From: an uncultured bacterium
GTDB taxonomy: Bacteria > Patescibacteriota > Minisyncoccia > UBA6257 > 2-01-FULL-56-20
Reading direction: 5' to 3'
DNA: 44,362 bases
Assembly: GCA_963718515.1 (NCBI GenBank)
Contig: OY970354.1
Span: 1 to 44,362, forward strand
Below the pieces are notes generated by a model. That model was not told where the DNA came from. It was given only the letters and a program-made list of their open reading frames with translations, and ran no database searches. Shown here one piece after another: positions 26,701-32,168 of the stretch. Within the stretch, counting starts at the first letter, position 1. Each line of letters begins with the position of its first letter. The translations under genes were made by a program, and so were the position numbers.

Positions 26701-28928
26701 GCTGCCCCGGAGTTGATGTACAGATTACTGATCGCATATCCATTGCCGTTGAATGTTCCGGTAAAGTTAGTGGTGTTGTTTCCCACCGGCACGAATCCCG
26801 CGCCGCCGTTCCACGCAGAAGTTCCACTCGCATTGATGGCATTATTCAGTGCGTAAGAATTCGAAAGGCCGGTCTCCATTCCCTGGAGGCCATAGACGTC
26901 ATAGATGATGTATGGATCACTCGTGGTTCCGGCCCCGGTGTAGCGCCGAAATATGCCGGACGTAACGGAAAAATTACCAGTGGCCGAAAAAGTATTCGTT
27001 GCGGGAGTGGTAGTAATGAAGGTTGCCGCCGATGTTTGGGTATAGCTCCCGGAATTTCCTGCGGCGCTCGTGATTGTAAGCGGCGCCTCCTGCGTGATGG
27101 TTCCCGTATATCCGTTGATGGTAAGCGAGCCGATGGTGAACGGTATATCAATAATGGAAGATGTAGAGTTGAGATTGAAAAATACATCTGTCGATGAAGC
27201 GGGAACGGAAGCGCCGGGCGATCCTCCGGAAGTAGCAGACCAGTTTGCGGTATTGCTCCAATCTCCATTCGCGCCATCGCCCACCCAATACCGCGTCACT
27301 GGATCGACGATATAATCAATGTCAACATTTCCCTCAATCTGTAAATCGAACATCGCGGTTGATGTCTGAAGATTGCTTAATGGAATCACATATTCGCCAT
27401 CGCCATATTGATTGACTTCGAAAGTCGCCAGAATCGGACTGCCATCCGTCAGATTTCCCTGACTATCGGCATACACCGGATATGCCAACACCGATGAATC
27501 GCCACTGTCATCACCCGGCGTAGCATACACGGTGATATCCCTTGTATTGTCGAGTACATCCTGGAACGTAATCCGGGCAAATTGCCCGTTCGTCAGGTCA
27601 GCATAATTTTGATCTTGTGCGTTAACCAGATCGAAAATATCTGCGATGGTATTTTGATTAGCATCCAACTGAAGGGCATCGGAAAGACTTATGACGCCAA
27701 GATCATCCGTTGAAGATACTACGGCCGGACTCGTGCTTTGTGCTGCCTGAACCGAAATGGCCACCGATGATGACGAAAGAACGGTCGTTGGATCGAGAGA
27801 GGTATAGACGAACGCCGTGCTCGAAACATTTGTCTGACCATCCAAACTTGGATCCACGACCACCGAAAGTTCGAGTGTCGCCGTGGCGTTCGGTGCAAGA
27901 TCGCCGACATTCCAACTGAGCGTTCCCCCGTTCGTCACACTTCCTTGCGATACCGTCGCGGATGAAAAATCTAATCCAAGCGGCAAAGTATCTTGCGCCA
28001 TGACGAACGATGAAGTGGCCGAATCGAGATTGGTGACGGTGATCGTGTATGTTATCGTGTCACCACTGCTTGGATCATTGTTGTCTACGCTTTTCGTGAT
28101 GGAAAGATCTGCATACTGACTTGTTGTTGTGGAAGCAATGGACGATGTTGGCGTAATCGCAGGTATCGTGGAAGAAGTGGTGGTATCGAGCAGATTCAAA
28201 TCGGTGGAAGATGCATTGTCATTGTCACTGCCATCGTCAGTCAGCGTTGAAGATGAGGTTGAAATCCCGGGATTGGAATCATCTATCGTCGACGTTGCTG
28301 TCGGAGTTGATGTTGCGACCGGCGTTGTCGAAGTGCTGTCGCTCGCGATGATATCCGTCGAGGTCGGCGTTGAAGTTACTGCGGCAAGATCGGGAGTCGA
28401 TGTCGCCGGAGTGGATGATGGCACATCAAGATCCGTGTCGGACGCTACGGTCGTGCTTGATGTTGAGGAAGAGATCTGCGTGACGCTGTCATCTGCTGTG
28501 GAACTCGTTGCCGAAGAAGTCGATACTGCCGTCGATGAAGTGACGCCGCCGAGCAAACCAAGATTAGTGGAAGATGCATCGTCGCTTCCGTCGCCATCAG
28601 TTGATGTGGAGGTTGCGATTGAGGATGTCGATACCGAAGAGTCGGTGTCCAATGTTGCGACCGGCGTTGTCGAAGTGTTGTCGCTCGCGATGATATCCGT
28701 CGAGGTCGGCGTTGAAGTTACTGCGGCAAGATCGGGAGTCGATGTCGCCGGAGTGGATGATGGCACATCAAGATCCGTGTCGGACGCTACGGTCGTGCTT
28801 GATGTTGAGGAAGAGTTCTGTGAAATACTGTCGTCTGCCGATGCTCGCAGGAGCGGTCCGCTAAAAAGCGACAGAAAGAAAATTACTGAAACGATAATTG
28901 CCAGACGAAGAGCTCTCGAGGACGTCAT
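20757..28928 (-). CDS. N-terminal fragment (2,723 codons) of the split giant gene: signal peptide, duplicated acidic Ser/Thr-rich region, DUF11-like domain, beta-rich region, then GLUG-like Gly/Ala-rich repeats
   Basis: - Signal peptide MTSSRALRLAIIVSVIFFLSLFSGPLLRASA.
- A DUF11-like unit (ADLSITKSVDNNDPSSGDTITYTITVTNLDSATSSFVMAQDTLPLGLDFSSATVSQGSV...WNVGDLAPNATATLELSVVVD).
- The last ~45 codons leave the repeat register. Confidence 0.85.
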   Translation of the reverse strand: MTSSRALRLAIIVSVIFFLSLFSGPLLRASADDSISQNSSSTSSTTVASDTDLDVPSSTPATSTPDLAAVTSTPTSTDIIASDNTSTTPVATLDTDSSVSTSSIATSTSTDGDGSDDASSTNLGLLGGVTSSTAVSTSSATSSTADDSVTQISSSTSSTTVASDTDLDVPSSTPATSTPDLAAVTSTPTSTDIIASDSTSTTPVATSTPTATSTIDDSNPGISTSSSTLTDDGSDNDNASSTDLNLLDTTTSSTIPAITPTSSIASTTTSQYADLSITKSVDNNDPSSGDTITYTITVTNLDSATSSFVMAQDTLPLGLDFSSATVSQGSVTNGGTLSWNVGDLAPNATATLELSVVVDPSLDGQTNVSSTAFVYTSLDPTTVLSSSSVAISVQAAQSTSPAVVSSTDDLGVISLSDALQLDANQNTIADIFDLVNAQDQNYADLTNGQFARITFQDVLDNTRDITVYATPGDDSGDSSVLAYPVYADSQGNLTDGSPILATFEVNQYGDGEYVIPLSNLQTSTAMFDLQIEGNVDIDYIVDPVTRYWVGDGANGDWSNTANWSATSGGSPGASVPASSTDVFFNLNSTSSIIDIPFTIGSLTINGYTGTITQEAPLTITSAAGNSGSYTQTSAATFITTTPATNTFSATGNFSVTSGIFRRYTGAGTTSDPYIIYDVYGLQGMETGLSNSYALNNAINASGTSAWNGGAGFVPVGNNTTNFTGTFNGNGYAISNLYINSGAANLLNYVGLFGYSANSIQNVVLTNESITATSTNGTSGTNGAAGASSTTPTAGGSGAAGSAASTLYIGGLVGYNTGSITNSTVSGSVTGTGGTGGASGNGGAGGSTTSGATTAAAGGTSLGGGAGGVVYAAGLVGYSAQGNITAATSSVTVQATGGAGGAAGAGGAGGVNLGTGTGGAGGGTGAPAAGAVAYAGGLIGWVNSGVIINSDSTGAVFAIGGTGGSASSTGIGGAGGGTSFGGAGGAGSAGAAGGVAYAGGLVAENLGTIQNASYASGNVQATGGTPGSGSAGGNAGASAAATTGTAASGGVGGAGGAGATAYAGGLVAQNNIGGVITGAANPVYAIGSSTAIGSAGLNGQVGGVGGSAASGTAVTGGTGGNGGAGGAGGGAYAGGLVGLNSGSITSANSLTGLVTVTGGAGGTGASGGAGGAKGSTGTNGTDGTTGNGGSANVTSIYGGGLVGNNTGAIQTSTAQNSVTGIGGAGGAGGTGAAGLANIAGMGGGTGGAGGILYIGGLAGNNTLTITGSSYTTGSVMGTAGAGGAAGVGGVGGSGALGGAGGTATTGANIYAGGLVGNNTGSTFLNDYSTGNVTGIAGAGGAGATGTNGTSSIAGVAGSGGAVGGISYVGGLVGYQTNGEILYSYATGNISSIAGAGGTGGAGGSGGTGATSTTGGSGGTGAAGGAGGAAFGGGLIGDYILGPINTVYETGGVAVTGGAGGTAGNGGLGGNGGAGAIGGAGGTAGNGGAGGVASAGGLAGQSSGVITAGTSTYSYATGNVTSTAGIAAAGGTGGTGGATTATFNSGTAAAGGAGGAGGAGAIAYAGGIVGNNSNEITNAYASGTIVTAIASAGGAGGAAGTAGSGAAGGASHVGAIGATGGAGGAGAAAYAGGITGINTATITNSYIQSGSVTATASAGGSGATGGTGGVGGSGALGGAGGVGGAGGAGAIAYAGGAIGNNSAGVIQSNSYASVAVTANGGSSGSGGAGGAGGTGAVGGVGGAYFVGAVAYSGGLVGLSNGVIENSYATGNAIATGGAGGSAGAGGAGGNGSTGATGGAFSATGGISEAGGAAYVGGLLGYNNTNGIVEGNSYATGNATAIGGTGATPGASPSGGNSSNAVAGAAGIAGGGGGAGGAAYGGGLVGYNVAIVSSSSYAMGNASSSGGSGGSGNIAGAGGSSGAGVAGVAGVTGGAGGAGGAAYAGGVIAWNGVLGTTISIANATGTITSTGGTGGAGGTGGAGGAGGNTAGAIGGAGGTGGASGAGGAAYGGGVTGSNTGIITGINYTVTTISVEGGIAGLAGNGGNGGASGNISGGTAASGGNGGNGAAGGATYMGGITGDNPGVISNSVVTGSLSTSNASGGAGGTGGTGGDGTLGTGGHNGGVAGTGGTGGSSGNVYLGGLAGQGNGNISNSTSTGGTIAVIAGGVAGAGGAGGTGGNPGSGGGKNGQGGTGGLGATTGAIFIGGAVGHNSLADVIFSYLFSTDNVTVASDTGGLGGTPAAGTNGALGGTGGAGGAGGTTQATATNAGGLIGDLSGAGSSVDNSSATGNVTVAGDIGGAGATGGAGGNAATSTVGGAGGTGGAGGAGGLTYTGGLVGYTNTTVNIDSSYANGNVGVIAGAGGIAGSGGAGGTGNAAAGGAGGAGASGGAGAAAYTGGLAGYLVSGVISNSYATGVINTAAGAGGNSGSGGTGGAGGSGAIGGIGGAGVIGGAGGATYTGGLIGENAGDTIQNSYYQTGSITDYGGNAGSGGGGGGAGASGNISGGTAAVGGNGAAGGVGGATNVGGLVGYNTSAKAIINNSYATVSVTTTGGTGGAGGTGGAGGNGSAGTNHAGGGGGVGGAGGASGGVIGSAVQAGGLVGQNILGTITNSYARTGTVTANGGAGGASAQGGAGGAGTGTALSGVGGVGGAGGAGGGVYAGGLVGYSTGVIQSNSYSEADLAVTAEPAEHQEALSRPAPPRPAALEVRAAQVPQHTAEDLSDA
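28310..28473. repeat. 164-bp direct repeat, copy 1 (163/164 identical to 28652..28815; period 342 bp)
   Basis: The two stretches were compared directly, and the single C/T difference is at 28336 / 28678. Each encodes ...SSSTSSTTVASDTDLDVPSSTPATSTPDLAAVTSTPTSTDIIASD. Confidence 0.9.
28652..28815. repeat. 164-bp direct repeat, copy 2
   Basis: See copy 1. Confidence 0.9.
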
Positions 28929-29177
28929 ATTTCCTTAATTTTACCACATATTTCCAGCATAAAACCGAAATTAATTCATTAAAATTCATCCTGTCGACCA
29001 ATTATTTTCTACCGCGGTATTTTGGAAAAATCAGTAAAATCTGACGCACATAAAACTACTGGCCGAAGCCCAATTCAAAGGTGAGGCTATGACAAAAGCG
29101 ACCCTTGCTTCGCTAAAAAAATATGGCACGAATGCCAGCCGATAATCTCTTTATTTGATACTTGTGATAAATAAATG

Positions 29178-29220
29178 TATTCAAGTTAATTCTGTAGACC
29201 ATATTGAATTAACTTGAATA
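29178..29220. repeat. Perfect 15-bp inverted repeat with a 13-bp spacer (43-bp palindromic site) at the left edge of the low-GC island
   Basis: TATTCAAGTTAATTC (29178-29192) and GAATTAACTTGAATA (29206-29220) are exact reverse complements. The site lies 8 nt beyond the stop of the HTH gene. Confidence 0.7.
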
Positions 29221-29227
29221 TATCCAA

Positions 29228-29527
29228 TCAGATATTTTTAGGCGGGATAGGGACTGGAATCGGTATGGGAATATCCTTGTTTTTTATGATATTTTTATTT
29301 CCCTTTTTTGGGCCTGGCCTTCCTAGACTATTCAAGCTATTTATACCGCCCTTTTTATATTGTTCTACCCAGTTACTCACCGCTTCATAACTAACACCCA
29401 TATGTTTTGCGACCTGATACTGTGACCAACCATGGTTATATAACTCGATCGCCTCTTTCCGACGCTCCACAAGAAGTGCTCGATCAACCCGTCTGTGGGT
29501 ATTTGAAGATATGTCTTTTCCGTCCAT
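29228..29527 (-). CDS. Small helix-turn-helix protein (99 aa) resembling the N-terminal HTH of IS630/Tc1-type transposases
   Basis: From the MDGKD start it reads ...RRKEAIELYNHGWSQYQVAKHMGVSYEAVSNWVEQYKKGGINSLNSLGRPGPKK, then an IPIPIPVPIPP tail. The longer ORF to 29755 overlaps the recombinase 5' end and has an implausible N-terminus. Confidence 0.65.
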   Translation of the reverse strand: MDGKDISSNTHRRVDRALLVERRKEAIELYNHGWSQYQVAKHMGVSYEAVSNWVEQYKKGGINSLNSLGRPGPKKGNKNIIKNKDIPIPIPVPIPPKNI

Positions 29528-29641
29528 TGATTCATGATAGCAAACCTCGGAGCGGTGACCAATCCTGTGGATAACCGAGAGCAAAAATGAATGCCTCGGT
29601 CGCTCTGGACTCCTAGAGGGGGTTGCGTCATCAATGTTGGT

Positions 29642-31036
29642 ATGAGTAACCAAATTATGGCCCCAGAAGGGACAGCGGCGCGGACGAAGGAGCAAGGCCC
29701 AGTAAAGGTCGTTTACTGCCTGTACGCAAGGAAATCGACCGAATCTGAGGAGCAACAGGTGCTGTCCATAGAGAGCCAGGTAAAGGAGATGTTGAAGATC
29801 GCCGAACGTGACGGACTGGAGATCATGGACATTCGGCGCGAATCACACTCGGCAAAGGACTCCGGCCAACGACCGGTATTTGTGGAACTTCTGAAGGACA
29901 TCCGCGAAGGCAAATTCAACGGAGTCCTCACGTGGGCACCGGATCGATTATCGAGAAACGCGGGCGACCTCGGATCGCTCGTCGATCTGATGGATCAAAA
30001 GTTATTGGTTAATATACGAACCTTCAGTCAAACATTTTCAAACTCCCCCAGTGAGAAGTTCATGCTCATGATAATGTGCTCGCAGGCGAAACTCGAGAAC
30101 GACAACAAATCAGAAAACGTGAAGCGCGGACTGCGAACGCGATGCGAGATGGGTCTGCGCCCGGGAGTCGCCCCAACAGGATATTTTAACGAGAAGCGAG
30201 TCGACAAAAAATGCCAAGTGATCGTTGATCCGGAGCGTGCGCCAATCATAAAGCAGATTTTTGAAAAGGTTGCATACGAACAATGGACTGGGCGACACAT
30301 CTATCACTGGCTGCGTCATGACCTCGATTTCAAAACAAAAACCGGAAAATATGTATCCCTTGGAAATATTTACCTTATCCTCAGGGCAACTTTCTATTAT
30401 GGGGTCTTTGAATATCCCGAAGGCAGCGGCAATTGGTACACGGGCGTCCATACTCCCCTCATCTCAAAAGATCTCTACGACAAAGTGCAAACTCAACTTA
30501 TCCGCAGCGAGATAAAGAAAAAGAACAAGGAGTTCGCCTTCGCTCGACTCATCACGTGCGGCCTCTGCGGGTCAAGCATGTGCGCTTCGGAAAAGTTCAA
30601 ACAACAGAAGAATGGAAATGTTCATCGGTACATTTACTACGGGTGCTCAAGGGGGCTCGATAAGACCTGTAAGGCCGGATATATCAAAGAAGAAGAAATC
30701 CTCCAGCAGCTAATTGAGATCGTGGACACTCTTGATATGAATGAGCTCGGCATCCGCCATAAATTCAAGGACGAGGTTGCGCGGTACGGCAAGTTCAGAA
30801 AAATGGTGCTCGGGAAAGATAAAGAAACTACAAATGGCCTGAACGACGATGCCGATCTTCGAACGTACGTGAAGTATCTCTTATCTGAAGGAACCATCCT
30901 CGAAAAACGCGACGTCCTCGCAAATCTGAAAAGCAGACTGATATTCAGGGACGAAAAAAATCACTGCAGAAATAGATCAGTGACTTGCCTATGCGTAAAT
31001 TTGAGCCACCCTGCCCTGAAGATAAGGTGGGGGTAG
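29642..31036 (+). CDS. Large serine recombinase (464 aa from MSNQIM; ORF open from 29591)
   Basis: - The resolvase catalytic region is present (VVYCLYARKSTESEEQQVLSIESQ, WAPDRLSRNAGD).
- A recombinase domain is present.
- A Cys-rich zinc ribbon is present (CGLCGSSMCASEKF...YYGCSRGLDKTCK).
- A C-terminal coiled region is present. Confidence 0.85.
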   Translation: MSNQIMAPEGTAARTKEQGPVKVVYCLYARKSTESEEQQVLSIESQVKEMLKIAERDGLEIMDIRRESHSAKDSGQRPVFVELLKDIREGKFNGVLTWAPDRLSRNAGDLGSLVDLMDQKLLVNIRTFSQTFSNSPSEKFMLMIMCSQAKLENDNKSENVKRGLRTRCEMGLRPGVAPTGYFNEKRVDKKCQVIVDPERAPIIKQIFEKVAYEQWTGRHIYHWLRHDLDFKTKTGKYVSLGNIYLILRATFYYGVFEYPEGSGNWYTGVHTPLISKDLYDKVQTQLIRSEIKKKNKEFAFARLITCGLCGSSMCASEKFKQQKNGNVHRYIYYGCSRGLDKTCKAGYIKEEEILQQLIEIVDTLDMNELGIRHKFKDEVARYGKFRKMVLGKDKETTNGLNDDADLRTYVKYLLSEGTILEKRDVLANLKSRLIFRDEKNHCRNRSVTCLCVNLSHPALKIRWG

Positions 31037-31082
31037 CTTCAAAGCGATTATTTTATATGAATTTTTAATGTGATAGTCCTTC

Positions 31083-31868
31083 TCAACATTTTTCAGGAGA
31101 TGGCTTTTTTCCTTCTTTTTTACCAATACTAAGCAAATCAATATATTCTTTGCTTACTTTCTCAAATTCTTTTTCTAGACCAAACGCAAAAACCTTGTCT
31201 GCGGTCTCGAATATGGAGAAAAAGAAGTCAAAGCTCTTTACCAGCGATTCTTCTATTAAATTGGTCTTTGCGCCTATATCAATCACGAGGGATCCGTCGC
31301 TATCTTCTTTGAAATACTCGTTAATGCTGCGCGATTCAGAGTGCGACAGCATACACTGAATTTTATATGCTGTCTTATAATCCTCCTCCCTGCCGACTTC
31401 CTTTGCCATTTCGGCAATCGACTTATCGGACCATCTAAACGGCTTCTCATAATTATCCTTAACGCCATCGTAGGCATTTTGTATCTCCTGAAAAACCTCA
31501 GGCGTAGCACGCTCGTCGTTCAGCAACTCCGGCCGAGTAGCAATATGATCATAGAGTTTTTTTCGAGTGACGTGATCATATTCCATATATCTGGTTAACC
31601 TTTTGTCCGTGGCGTCGGCTAAAATGTAAAGAAAAATTACCAACAGCTCAAATAGTGTTCTGCTGAGCATAAAGGCATCTTCTCCGAAACCGTTCTTACA
31701 AAGCAGGGTAATCGCCGCATGGGTTCTGCGACTTTTTGCGAGAGCGAAAGTCGTAAACAATTGCTTAGGGGTCGTATTAGATAAGCCTTTTTCCAACTGG
31801 GCATCCAAAAGAGAATCCAACCCCTCATTCATCCTTTCAAGTTCCTTAAAAATCTCCTCGGTTCTCAT
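31083..31868 (-). CDS. Hypothetical all-helical protein (261 aa). It has a weak resemblance, from memory, to AbiV/DUF5677-type proteins
   Basis: The ORF is clean and has a coding-like composition. The segment AAITLLCKNGFGEDAFMLSRTLFELLVIFLYI is reminiscent of AbiV/DUF5677 N-terminal helices. The function is not established. Confidence 0.7.
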   Translation of the reverse strand: MRTEEIFKELERMNEGLDSLLDAQLEKGLSNTTPKQLFTTFALAKSRRTHAAITLLCKNGFGEDAFMLSRTLFELLVIFLYILADATDKRLTRYMEYDHVTRKKLYDHIATRPELLNDERATPEVFQEIQNAYDGVKDNYEKPFRWSDKSIAEMAKEVGREEDYKTAYKIQCMLSHSESRSINEYFKEDSDGSLVIDIGAKTNLIEESLVKSFDFFFSIFETADKVFAFGLEKEFEKVSKEYIDLLSIGKKEGKKPSPEKC

Positions 31869-31874
31869 GTGGAT

Positions 31875-31903
31875 ATTATAAACCCCACATAGTCCATATC
31901 CAA
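31875..31903 (-). promoter_or_regulatory. Promoter giving a leaderless transcript of the 261-aa gene
   Basis: The minus strand reads TTGGAT (fwd 31898-31903), a 17-nt spacer, then TATAAT (fwd 31875-31880). Only 6 nt separate the -10 box from the ATG at 31868. Confidence 0.4.
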
Positions 31904-32004
31904 TTACCCTCGCGTAGTGACGAGTTGAATGGATTCATATCCTGGGACCTGACTTTTGGAAACATAGGGTAAGTCGGTCTTAAATCGACTTAGCCTTGAG
32001 TGTT

Positions 32005-32075
32005 GCGGGGGCAAGACTCGGACTTGCTTCGGAAGCTTATGGGGCTTCCCGGAAAACCTTTCCCAACCCTCCCGC
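32005..32075 (-). ncRNA. 71-nt tRNA-like cloverleaf (degenerate tRNA, pseudo-tRNA or novel small RNA) with a CAU anticodon-like loop
   Basis: The minus strand reads GCGGGAG-GGUUG-GGAA-AGGUU-UUCC-G-GGAAGC-CCCAUAA-GCUUCC-GAA-GCAAG-UCCGAGU-CUUGC-CCCCGC. This is a four-way junction of tRNA size, with GG in the D-like loop, a G53:C61-type closing pair, and a near-canonical T loop. Several features are non-canonical: the 8-12 linker, C33, C55, and an A/C mismatch in the acceptor stem. Confidence 0.35.
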
Positions 32076-32110
32076 GCTATGAGATCGCATGTGACCTCTC
32101 TAACCTGTGC

Positions 32111-32140
32111 ATTATATAGATTGTATGCCGCGGTTGTCAA
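32111..32140 (-). promoter_or_regulatory. Near-consensus sigma70 promoter driving the tRNA-like element
   Basis: The minus strand reads TTGACA (fwd 32135-32140), an 18-nt spacer, then TATAAT (fwd 32111-32116), about 30 nt before the cloverleaf. The same palindromic TTGTCAA could serve as the -35 box of a weak divergent murD promoter (AATCAT at 32157-32162). Confidence 0.55.
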
Positions 32141-32168
32141 AGAAAACGATTAATGCAATCATCAAAAG

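Larger units (their letters stand above)
29178..32140. mobile_element. Low-GC island with large serine recombinase (integrative-element remnant?); boundaries not resolved
   Basis: There is a visible drop in GC relative to the flanks. The island holds the recombinase and HTH genes, an orphan gene, near-consensus AT-rich promoters, and a tRNA-like element at the right edge. It is inserted between the giant gene and murD. Confidence 0.45.

Noticed and set aside
28129-28938. A 269-aa acidic plus-strand ORF lies opposite the Ser/Thr-rich N-terminus of the giant protein.
   Set aside because: It is the antisense reading of a low-complexity duplicated region. The minus-strand frame carries a clear signal peptide and continues for 2,723 codons.
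29219-31903. A shared 9-mer ATATCCAAT near both ends of the island (29219-29227 and 31895-31903) could be att-like direct repeats.
   Set aside because: A 9-nt match between two ~300-bp AT-rich windows is expected by chance about a third of the time. The right copy is simply the -35 region of the 261-aa gene promoter.
32040-32075. GGGAAAGGTTTTCCGGGAAGCC and CAAGTCCGAG in the minus-strand RNA resemble the RNase P RNA GGAAAGTCCGGGC (P4) box.
   Set aside because: The match needs a 4-nt insertion, the region is far too short for RNase P RNA, and the 3' ACAGAACCCGGCUUA-type partner is absent. The tRNA-like fold explains the structure better.
31904-32140. A 78-aa minus-strand ORF in the murD-island intergenic region.
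   Set aside because: It starts at the TTG of a consensus -35 hexamer and has a poor composition. The region is better explained by the promoter plus the structured RNA.
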